The notes beneath the pieces are model-generated. The model saw only the letters and a program-made list of their open reading frames with translations. It did no database searches and was not told where the DNA came from. This document shows, in pieces, positions 17,586 to 25,598 of a stretch of 64,000 bases of DNA (positions are counted from its first letter, which is position 1; every line of letters starts with the position of its first letter). Source of the DNA: Candidatus Altiarchaeota archaeon (GTDB taxonomy: Archaea; Altiarchaeota; Altiarchaeia; IMC4; SCGC-AAA252-I15); contig JBDRLL010000003.1 in the NCBI GenBank assembly GCA_043813075.1, positions 125,811-189,810 on the forward strand. Direction: 5' to 3'. The translations under genes and the position numbers were made by a program.

Positions 17586-18753
17586 AGTTGTTGAATTATG
17601 CCTTAACGGCAAGAAGGTTTATATCGTAGGTACCGCACACGTCTCCGACGATAGCGTCAGGCTGGTGGAGGAGACTGTCAGGGGGGTGAAACCGGACGCC
17701 GTCGCCGTTGAACTCTGCGAGCAGCGCTTCAAGGCATTGAAGAACGAGCGCGAATGGGATGAGACGGAGATAACAGAGGTCATAAAATCCGGGAGAACAT
17801 ACCTTTTCCTAGTCCAGATACTGATGGCCAACTTCCAGAGGCAGATAGGAGACAAGATAGGTGTCAAACCAGGGTCGGAGATGCTGAAGGCCATTGAGAT
17901 AGCGGAGGAGAACAAGTCGGAGATAGTCCTCATAGACAGGGACATAACCATAACGCTGAAACGGGCCATAGGCTTGACGACGCTAAGGGAAAAGCTGAAA
18001 CTCCTCTATGGATTCTTCAATGACGTGCTAAGCGAGGGGGAGATTGACGAAGAGCTCGTGGAGAAGCTGAAGGAGAAGGACATGCTCTCAGAGCTGATGG
18101 AAGAGCTTGCCGTGGAGACGCCGTCAATAAAGAGGGTGCTGGTTGACGAGAGGGATGAGTACATGGCGTTAAGCATAGCGTCCATCGAAGCCGAGAAGAT
18201 TGTCGTGGTCGTCGGCGCCGGACACGTTGACGGGCTTAGGAGGAGGCTTGAAGAACTTGAGGGATACGTTATAGTAAGGTACAAGCAGGGTATGGGGGAG
18301 CTCATGAAAGTCGAGAAAAAGAGGAGTGTGGTGGGATATGCAGGCTACGCCATACCCCTACTATTCCTCGTGATAATAGGTTGGGGTTTTATGAATCACG
18401 GAAGCGCTATGACTTTAACTATGCTGAAGGAATGGTTCCTGATAAACGGGACGCTATCCGCGCTCGGAGCAGCCCTTGCACTAGCACACCCCCTAACCGT
18501 GTTGACTGCATTCATCGCAGCACCATTCACGTCATTAAACCCCACCATAGCGGCGGGATGGGTGGCGAGCATAGTTGAATTCAAGATGAGGAAGCCAAGG
18601 GTCAAGGACTTCAAGAACCTGCTGAAGCTGAATAGCATGGGAGACTACTGGAGGAACAGGGTAACGCGGATACTCCTGGTGATAGTATTCGCGAACATAG
18701 GGTCCAGCATAGGCACATTCATAGCCCTACCATACCTGGCAAGCCTTATTTAA
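17578..18753 (+). CDS. TraB/PrgY (Tiki-superfamily) protein with C-terminal TM domain
   Basis: YIVGTAHVSDDSV, AVAVELC and VVVGAGHVDGL motifs, plus about four C-terminal TM helices. It overlaps the previous gene by 8 nt. Confidence 0.8.
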   Translation: MPEVVELCLNGKKVYIVGTAHVSDDSVRLVEETVRGVKPDAVAVELCEQRFKALKNEREWDETEITEVIKSGRTYLFLVQILMANFQRQIGDKIGVKPGSEMLKAIEIAEENKSEIVLIDRDITITLKRAIGLTTLREKLKLLYGFFNDVLSEGEIDEELVEKLKEKDMLSELMEELAVETPSIKRVLVDERDEYMALSIASIEAEKIVVVVGAGHVDGLRRRLEELEGYVIVRYKQGMGELMKVEKKRSVVGYAGYAIPLLFLVIIGWGFMNHGSAMTLTMLKEWFLINGTLSALGAALALAHPLTVLTAFIAAPFTSLNPTIAAGWVASIVEFKMRKPRVKDFKNLLKLNSMGDYWRNRVTRILLVIVFANIGSSIGTFIALPYLASLI

Positions 18754-18788
18754 AGCCATAAAAAGACATGCTTCAATAAGATTACACT

Positions 18789-19622
18789 ATGAGACTATAC
18801 TGTGTTGTGGGGCATCCGGTCTCGCACAGCATGTCGCCAGCAATGCACAACGACGCGTTCAAGAAGCTGGGCATGAAATTCAGGTACGAGACCGCTGACA
18901 TAGGACCGGAAAGGCTCAGGGAGTTCATGACCACTGCAAGGTTCACTTACGCTGGAATGAACGTCACAATACCCCATAAAGTCGCGGTCATCGAATACCT
19001 GGACGAGCTGAGCAGGGAGGCTGAGTTGATTGGCGCAGTCAACACAGTCAAGTGCGGAGACAAGATGGTGGGCTACAACACCGATGGAATAGGCTGCGTA
19101 CGCGCGCTATGCGAGGAAGGTGTTGAAGTGAAGGGCAAGAGCGTGCTGATAGTAGGCTCCGGGGGAGCGGGAAGGGCGATATCATTCCAACTAGCGCTTG
19201 AGGGAGCCTGCGTGACGCTGTCAGACCGCCTGATGGATAAGGCTGAGGAGCTTTCAAACGAGATAAAGACGAAGGTCGGTTGTGATGTGGGGGTTGCTGA
19301 CGCCGATGCCTGCTCGTTAGGGGAGGCTCTTAAAGACGCTGACATCCTGATAAACTCGACCCCAGTAGGAATGTCGCCAAACGTGTCCGAGTCGGTGATA
19401 GAAGCCGCACTGCTGCCCAACGACATCGTCGTAATGGACCTGGTCTACAACCCTCTTGAGACGAAACTGCTTAAGATAGCGAGGGAGAGGGGCTGCAAGA
19501 CAGTGGAGGGAGTCGGCATGCTAGTCCACCAGGGAGCCGAGTCATTCAGGATATGGCTGGACGTGGAGCCTCCAGTAGACGTCATGAGGAAGGCTGTCCT
19601 CAAAGGCCTTAATCAAGTCTAG
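18789..19622 (+). CDS. aroE: Shikimate dehydrogenase
   Basis: GHPVSHSMSPAMHN, NVTIPHK, GYNTDG and GSGGAGRA. Confidence 0.9.
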   Translation: MRLYCVVGHPVSHSMSPAMHNDAFKKLGMKFRYETADIGPERLREFMTTARFTYAGMNVTIPHKVAVIEYLDELSREAELIGAVNTVKCGDKMVGYNTDGIGCVRALCEEGVEVKGKSVLIVGSGGAGRAISFQLALEGACVTLSDRLMDKAEELSNEIKTKVGCDVGVADADACSLGEALKDADILINSTPVGMSPNVSESVIEAALLPNDIVVMDLVYNPLETKLLKIARERGCKTVEGVGMLVHQGAESFRIWLDVEPPVDVMRKAVLKGLNQV

Positions 19623-20515
19623 AGGGATCCCACCAGCTTACGGTAGTTTGAAGCTAGCCCCGCTTTGACCAAACCATCCATTTCCATGATACCTGCCAGA
19701 TCATCTGGCGTAACAATTCCTCCGGATATGTGAGACTCTGCCATCGACTTGATTTTCTCCCAGTACACTGCGTCCATGCGAACCAGACTGTCAGTGAACA
19801 AATCATCTAAACGTGATGCTATGGCGTTAAGGAATGATAGTGGCATTGAACCCAGACTCTCCTTCTCTTCCATGCCAGTGAGCGAGAGGAAGTTAACCGC
19901 CGTACCAGTAAGGCAGATGAACCCCCTGCAGACCCCGAGTTTAAGACCGTTCTCGTATAGAATGCACCGGCCGTCGTCATCAAGGAAAAAACACGCCCTA
20001 GCACTGCCGCCGCACCATAGCGGAGACTTCTCGCTCAGGAGGGGCAGATTGGATAGTAGTTCGCGCGATATTGGACTTGCAGGGTTAAGCGGGGTGTGGT
20101 ATACGTAGTCGACACCATCCTCGGTTGACACATAGTGGGATTGACTCTTATCGAGCCTAATTTTTAGGTCATCATCTGCCTCATCCAGTCTGGAGCGGAG
20201 GAGAGGTGGATAACATGACTCCAGTATAAACTCGTTGAGAATAGGGGTCATCACCTTGTCGACCACAACACCTTTGTCATTGTTGAAGAAGCAGCAGGCC
20301 TTGCACTCCCGGATACTGCATTCCGGGTGATGGACTATCTTCTCGATAAAACGGGTGATGGAATCGTGAACAACCAGCATATAGTCCCGCACTTTCCGCG
20401 CGGAGTCTTCATGGGGATCACGCTGTAAATCCCCTCTGCGCGAGTCGAACCATGATGCAAGAGCGCGCCTGGATTCAACCCACTGCCTGTATCTGCCGAC
20501 CCTTACTTCCCGCAT
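19619..20515 (-). CDS. Cys-rich protein with YkgJ/UPF0153-like metal-binding motifs
   Basis: CSIRECKACCFF and CFFLDDDGRCILYENGLKLGVCRGFIC. It overlaps the larC 3' end by 13 nt. Confidence 0.55.
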   Translation of the reverse strand: MREVRVGRYRQWVESRRALASWFDSRRGDLQRDPHEDSARKVRDYMLVVHDSITRFIEKIVHHPECSIRECKACCFFNNDKGVVVDKVMTPILNEFILESCYPPLLRSRLDEADDDLKIRLDKSQSHYVSTEDGVDYVYHTPLNPASPISRELLSNLPLLSEKSPLWCGGSARACFFLDDDGRCILYENGLKLGVCRGFICLTGTAVNFLSLTGMEEKESLGSMPLSFLNAIASRLDDLFTDSLVRMDAVYWEKIKSMAESHISGGIVTPDDLAGIMEMDGLVKAGLASNYRKLVGSL

Positions 20516-21564
20516 TTCACCAAGCCCTTAGCCATTCTAAAAGACATGCCATGCTTCAAGGCAAGCCGCCTAACGTCATCGTATTCAGGCTTACACCCCA
20601 CGCCAGAGTACTTCACGCCAACCTCCTCCAGGCAACCGTCCACATTAACCGAAACACTACCCATCATGCGACGAGCCTCGAAACGCCCTAAGACAGGCTG
20701 CCTACGAACGCCCAGAGTCCCAGTCTCCTCCATGATTATGCTTGAATGCTCTTCAGGCAGGTCTGACAGGACTCTTATCAAGTAGCCGAGCCTCCCCTTC
20801 TTCATCAGGCACGGTATTACATGGACGTCAATGGCGCCTGCACCCATCAGCGACTCGATCATGAAGGAGACGTGCTCTGGAGTGCAGTCGTCGACATTAG
20901 TCTCCAGGATGAACTTATCCCGAGACTCCACAGCCCTCAGAACGTTAGGATACTCCAGCATCATTGAGCCTGCGCCAACACCGGATCTGCCTTCCGGAAT
21001 GGTGCATTCATAGCGTGAGGCGATGACTGAGAGTATGGCCGCGCCGGTCGGCGTTGTTATCTCCCTGCCTGAAGTGTGCCTGACAGGCATGCCAGAAGAC
21101 CGGATTATGTGCATTGTGGCGGGAGCTATATAACCCACCGACACGGGAGTTGCAATAACCCCAGAGTCTAATGCACCCAATTCCTCCAACGCCAGTGATG
21201 TTGAGACAGCATCCACAACACAGTCAACAGCCTCGTGCAGATGCACTTTCTTGAGTGGGACTTTATGGGCCTTAGACTCCGCCCTAGCAAGCTGCTTCAA
21301 TATCTCCAACGAAATCTTCTCGCATTTACGGGAGAGTCGGAGTGACTTCACAACATTCACCAAGTCGACATACTCCCTCGACTTGGGAGCGAATTCCACG
21401 TCAAACTTCAATGCCCTCACGCCACGACGCCTGACCTTCCTGAAACCCACCACAGCAACCCTGCGGAGGACTTTCCGTATCCGCTCAGCATCAGCACCCA
21501 AATCAACGAGCGCTGCAACCACCATGTCTCCGCTAGCACCAGCAGAGCAGTCGAGGTAAATCAT
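20503..21564 (-). CDS. larC: LarC-family nickel insertion protein (DUF111)
   Basis: The N-terminus MIYLDCSAGASGDMVVAALVDLGAD is the LarC/UPF0272 signature. Confidence 0.85.
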   Translation of the reverse strand: MIYLDCSAGASGDMVVAALVDLGADAERIRKVLRRVAVVGFRKVRRRGVRALKFDVEFAPKSREYVDLVNVVKSLRLSRKCEKISLEILKQLARAESKAHKVPLKKVHLHEAVDCVVDAVSTSLALEELGALDSGVIATPVSVGYIAPATMHIIRSSGMPVRHTSGREITTPTGAAILSVIASRYECTIPEGRSGVGAGSMMLEYPNVLRAVESRDKFILETNVDDCTPEHVSFMIESLMGAGAIDVHVIPCLMKKGRLGYLIRVLSDLPEEHSSIIMEETGTLGVRRQPVLGRFEARRMMGSVSVNVDGCLEEVGVKYSGVGCKPEYDDVRRLALKHGMSFRMAKGLVKCGK

Positions 21565-22031
21565 TTGTCAAACAAAAGCCTCACTTCAAGGAACCGGAGG
21601 TCATTCGGGCAAGACTCCAAAACCCTCTGATACTCGACCTTAGCCTTGTCATACTCTCCAGTGAAATAATATAGCAAAGCGAGATTATACCTAGCCTCAT
21701 GGAAGTCGGGCTTCAAACGCAAAGCCTTCTTATACGCTCTAACCGCCTTCTTAACGCTATCCGAGTCTTCTGCGAGAGGCCCGTCCTCGGTGTGGTGGAG
21801 GCCCATATTGTAGAATATGTATGGGTTCTTAGGGTCCAATAGCATCGCCTGCTGCAACAGCATTCCGGCGATGGGGTAGTGCTGGCTTGTGGAGTACTCG
21901 AGGCAGCCTGCTATGTGGCTGAGCTCGTCAGCCATCGCCTCCCGGTCCTCAACCTGGTCTGAAAGCTTTAACGCCTCCAGTATCTTGCCATCCCCCAATA
22001 GCTTCTTGACTTCCTGTATCGTAGCCATCAT
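21561..22031 (-). CDS. TPR-repeat protein
   Basis: AYKKALRLKPDFHEARYNLALLYYFTGEYDKAKVEYQRVLE. It is trimmed to the ATG at 22031, which overlaps the larB stop (ATGA). Its own stop overlaps the larC ATG. Confidence 0.7.
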   Translation of the reverse strand: MMATIQEVKKLLGDGKILEALKLSDQVEDREAMADELSHIAGCLEYSTSQHYPIAGMLLQQAMLLDPKNPYIFYNMGLHHTEDGPLAEDSDSVKKAVRAYKKALRLKPDFHEARYNLALLYYFTGEYDKAKVEYQRVLESCPNDLRFLEVRLLFDK

Positions 22032-22684
22032 AACCTCGCTATCTGGTATGCCAGTACCGCAGCACCATAGCCGTTGTCTATGTTCACGACTGCGACTGGC
22101 GTGCACGAGTTGAGCATAGTGTTCAACGCAGCCCTACCGCCCTTGCCGACCCCGTAACCCACTGAAGTGGGGACGCCTATGACTGGCACGTCAACAAGCC
22201 CTGACACCAGGGCTGGCAGAGCACCCTCCATGCCGGCGACAACTATTATGGCCTTAACGCCAGACATCTCCTTTAGAGCTGGGAACAGACGGTGGACTCC
22301 CGCTATGCCGATGTCATAGCTTGACGTGACAATGCACCCTAATTCCACCGCAATCACCCTAGCCTCCTCCGCTATGGGAACGTCTGAAGTGCCTGCAGTG
22401 ATTATGCCTATCGAACCGGTTTCAGAGACAGTGAACCCCTTTTTCCTTGCGACAATAACCCTCGCCTTATCATGGTACACCACTTCAGAGCCCTCCAGGC
22501 CGACGCGTTTTATGAATTCTGATGCGGCAGCTCCGCTGACTTTCGTGGCAATGAACCTGCCCATCTTGCCGATGAAGTCATGGGCTATCTCAATCAGGTC
22601 TTCAACAGTCTTGTATTCCCCGTATACTACTTCAGGTATCCCGCATCGTTCAGGCCTGTCGTAGTCAGGAGTCACTATCTTCAT
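22028..22684 (-). CDS. larB: LarB (AIR-carboxylase-like; pyridinium-3,5-biscarboxylic acid mononucleotide synthase)
   Basis: RCGIPEVVYG..., IITAGTSDVPIAEEA and AGMEGALPALVSGLVDVPVIGVPTSVGYG. ATG at 22684, with GTG at 22687 as an alternative. Confidence 0.85.
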   Translation of the reverse strand: MKIVTPDYDRPERCGIPEVVYGEYKTVEDLIEIAHDFIGKMGRFIATKVSGAAASEFIKRVGLEGSEVVYHDKARVIVARKKGFTVSETGSIGIITAGTSDVPIAEEARVIAVELGCIVTSSYDIGIAGVHRLFPALKEMSGVKAIIVVAGMEGALPALVSGLVDVPVIGVPTSVGYGVGKGGRAALNTMLNSCTPVAVVNIDNGYGAAVLAYQIARL

Positions 22685-23360
22685 CACACAACAACCCCAG
22701 CATCGTTTTTAACTCGTCCACCGTCAACTGGCCTGGAGCAGACTCTTTCCCACGTTCAGCGCACCCGAAAGTCAGGTAGGAACCGTACATCGGAGCCATT
22801 AAGCGGGTTATGCTGCCCATAGCGCCCATCGACAATGCTATAGCCGGCTTCTTGCCCTTCCACCGGTCATCCCACTCGTACAACGCGTCCATCAGGTTAA
22901 GGACATCCTTCCGCTCCTTCGGCATGTACGCCACCTTACCTATGTCGGCGCCCACAATCATCTCCCTCTCAAGGGTCTTGAGTATCTCGATTATCGGTGG
23001 GGTGGACTCGAAATCATGGTGTGCGACAATCACCTTTACGCCAGCAGCCTTTGCCTTAGCGATAAGCCCTTCCCTTAGTTTCTCCTTGGTATCCAATTCT
23101 ATGGTGACATAGTCGGAGTGCTTTAGAGAAGACTCGAGTATCCCCATCCTAACATCCTCCAGGACCTTGCAACTGCCCCCCTCCCATGTAGGCATGCAAG
23201 TGGAGATGACGGGCTTCCGTATGCCAGCCAGCCCACTCAGGTCAGAAGCATCCCGCAGATAATCCAGGCGGACTTCAACCAAGTCAGAATCAACCCTATT
23301 CGCGACTTCCACGACATCCTTCAAATCCTCCATAGCCAGCGAGAGACATATCAAAGCCAT
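22665..23360 (-). CDS. aroD: 3-dehydroquinate dehydratase, type I
   Basis: DLVEVRLDYL, VIVAHHDFESTP, GADIGKVAYMP (catalytic Lys context) and ALSMGAMGSITR. ATG at 23360, where the track start was a TTG at 23369. Confidence 0.85.
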   Translation of the reverse strand: MALICLSLAMEDLKDVVEVANRVDSDLVEVRLDYLRDASDLSGLAGIRKPVISTCMPTWEGGSCKVLEDVRMGILESSLKHSDYVTIELDTKEKLREGLIAKAKAAGVKVIVAHHDFESTPPIIEILKTLEREMIVGADIGKVAYMPKERKDVLNLMDALYEWDDRWKGKKPAIALSMGAMGSITRLMAPMYGSYLTFGCAERGKESAPGQLTVDELKTMLGLLCDEDSDS

Positions 23361-23404
23361 TCTAATCAATAAGGTAAAGAATAATAGAATTTATATTAGA
23401 TATA

Positions 23405-24313
23405 TCAGAATTCAATCCTTCCGGGCGGTATCCTACCTGGCTTTTCGAGTATCTCGTAAACCATCTGGCGTACAGGCTTGTCCTCGGTCTTATGGCTGCC
23501 GTCACCGGTATAGAGGAATAAACCGTGCGGGTAGTATTCAGGATGCCTGCGCAGTTTAACGCCGAGACGGCCAGCGATTTCCTCGAACTCCTCGCAGGCC
23601 ACAATCATCGAACCGTCAACACCATCATATCCATAGGAGTTTATGTTAACCAGTCCGCCAGTCTTAACCACCCGCATCAACTCCTTAAGCATAGACCTGC
23701 GTTTAGCATGATCCTCAACATAGGATGCGACAGAGATTAAAGCCGCCTTATCCACCATGTCATCATCCAGCGGCAGGTGAAAAAGATTCGTCTCCATGAA
23801 CCGCACATTCGGGAGAGTTCCGCCAAGCTGCTTCACGTGCTTGAGGAAGCCGACTTCCTCAGGCATCTCGTCTTGACGGCCGGAGGCGACTAGAGGAAGT
23901 ACCGCCCTTAGGTTAGGCTTAGCCTCATCTATGTGGGATACGAGATGCTGGAATTCATTGGGGTGAGAGTAGGCTACTTGGGATAGTATCCTCCCGCAAG
24001 CGACTTCCTCAGGGTATGCGCTCAGACCGAGAGAATGCCTGACAGGGGTTATCTCCCCTGGCATGCCCAATCCAGCGAGGACAGTGTGCTCGCCCATGCC
24101 ATGCCCAACGTCAAGGAAAAAATCCGTTCTCTTCAGCTGAAGAGGTAGTAATGCTATATAGTATGATGTGCCAAGGCCAGGCCATCCTCCGACATGGTCA
24201 ATGAAGTCCCTGGTGATTTCCGCTGACGCAGGTAGTTTAGCGAACAAAGGCTCCCTCTCAAGCCCATGAACATCGGCCATCGGACCATCATATGCCCTCC
24301 TTGAAGTCGCCAT
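23405..24313 (-). CDS. Class I methyltransferase-like protein (weak)
   Basis: Motif I-like FFLDVGHGMGEHT and later LKELMRVVKTGGLVNI. There is a large insertion between the motifs, so the assignment is tentative. Confidence 0.4.
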   Translation of the reverse strand: MATSRRAYDGPMADVHGLEREPLFAKLPASAEITRDFIDHVGGWPGLGTSYYIALLPLQLKRTDFFLDVGHGMGEHTVLAGLGMPGEITPVRHSLGLSAYPEEVACGRILSQVAYSHPNEFQHLVSHIDEAKPNLRAVLPLVASGRQDEMPEEVGFLKHVKQLGGTLPNVRFMETNLFHLPLDDDMVDKAALISVASYVEDHAKRRSMLKELMRVVKTGGLVNINSYGYDGVDGSMIVACEEFEEIAGRLGVKLRRHPEYYPHGLFLYTGDGSHKTEDKPVRQMVYEILEKPGRIPPGRIEF

Positions 24314-24346
24314 AATACATTAATTATTGGGAATTCAATCAATAAG

Positions 24347-24724
24347 ATGACTAGTATGAGGGTCGTCAACAAGACCAGGAACAAGGTACTGAGCGAGGAT
24401 GCTGGAGTCAGGGAATCATTCCTTGGACGGCTGACTGGACTTATGATGCAAGACAGGAAGGACATAGTCATAAAAGTGCCGTGGGAGGGAATCCTAGAGG
24501 CCTCGATACACATGATGTTCATGAGGTACGGCATATCCGTAATATGGGCGGACTCTGACATGAAGGTCGTGGATGTGGAGAAGAATGCGAGGCCATTCAA
24601 CCCGTTTAAGCCTCGGACCTGGCGGACCTATAAACCATGCGGCCCTGCGAAGTACGTTGTCGAACTGGGAAAAGGCAGGTTAGGGGGAACCAGGCGGGGG
24701 GATGTCATCGAGTTTACCCACTGA
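24347..24724 (+). CDS. DUF192 family protein
   Basis: The size, together with ...RLTGLM..., SIHMMFMRYGISVIWADSDMKVVDV and AKYVVELGKG, is typical of DUF192 (COG1430). Confidence 0.7.
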   Translation: MTSMRVVNKTRNKVLSEDAGVRESFLGRLTGLMMQDRKDIVIKVPWEGILEASIHMMFMRYGISVIWADSDMKVVDVEKNARPFNPFKPRTWRTYKPCGPAKYVVELGKGRLGGTRRGDVIEFTH

Positions 24725-25469
24725 AACCCCTGCTCCTAAGGAGATATCCTATGCAGGCGCCTGAAACCATTGTTAACGCCAATGCTATGCCAATATCAAC
24801 GTAGGGTATCCTCCTCTCAGCGAGTATCCGGGGGGCCTCATCATAAACCAACTCGACTTCAGGGAATGTCGTTGAAGGCGCCGGCCCTACTGCAACATCC
24901 TCTTTCTTGTCCAAGTCAAGCCCATCCACTTCACCGGCTGCCATTATGTCTTCATACTCCATCATCCTATTTAGGGGAACATCATCCCGGCTTCGCCCGG
25001 CTTTTTTCTCAGCCTCCACGCCGGATTTGGCTAGTAAAAGCCCACCCCCATCGACAGGAGGGGCATCGCGTTTAGGCTCGCCAGCCTTAAATGACTGCTG
25101 GACTGCAAGCGGCTGTATGCTGACTATGTCTGCAAGGTGTGTGTGAAGGCTTATCATAGAGGCGCCCAACAGTAGGAGGCTTACACCAAGCATTATCCAC
25201 ACCTTGGTCTCAGCCGGGTTTAAGACACCCCTGCCCTTGTAAGTGAGCTTATAGTACTTCCACTTGGTGCCCCGCTCCACATGCTCTATCAGGCCGGCGG
25301 ACACAAGCTTGTCCAAATGCTCTTTTATGGTGGACGGGCTCATGCCCATCTCCTGAGCAAGGTCTGTGAGAGTCTTCTTATGGGACTCAATCCTCTTGAG
25401 TATCTCCACCCTAGTGTCGGCGGCCAACACCTTGAAGGTCTCCCTGTCTAACGTTATCTTGTCTGTCAT
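24714..25469 (-). CDS. ArsR-type winged-HTH regulator fused to a two-TM membrane module
   Basis: LAADTRVEILKRIESHKKTLTDLAQEMGMSPSTIKEHLDKLVSAGLIEHV is followed by a TM helix. About 130 non-hydrophobic residues and a second TM helix come after that. It is trimmed to the ATG at 25469. Confidence 0.7.
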   Translation of the reverse strand: MTDKITLDRETFKVLAADTRVEILKRIESHKKTLTDLAQEMGMSPSTIKEHLDKLVSAGLIEHVERGTKWKYYKLTYKGRGVLNPAETKVWIMLGVSLLLLGASMISLHTHLADIVSIQPLAVQQSFKAGEPKRDAPPVDGGGLLLAKSGVEAEKKAGRSRDDVPLNRMMEYEDIMAAGEVDGLDLDKKEDVAVGPAPSTTFPEVELVYDEAPRILAERRIPYVDIGIALALTMVSGACIGYLLRSRGFSG

Positions 25470-25578
25470 ATTCCAAGATGATACAACAACACTGTTATGT
25501 TCACGAACAGCAACAAAACAGCGACATACTCCCTCATAGATAAATAGAAGGAGGACGTATTTAAAGCAGTTTCGGTTT

Positions 25579-25598
25579 GTTTCGGCCAATGCCGAAAC
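25579..25598 (-). terminator. 8-bp stem-loop (gtttcggc-caat-gccgaaac) abutting the srp54 stop codon
   Basis: Perfect inverted repeat read directly. It touches the first base of the srp54 stop (25598-25600). Confidence 0.4.
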
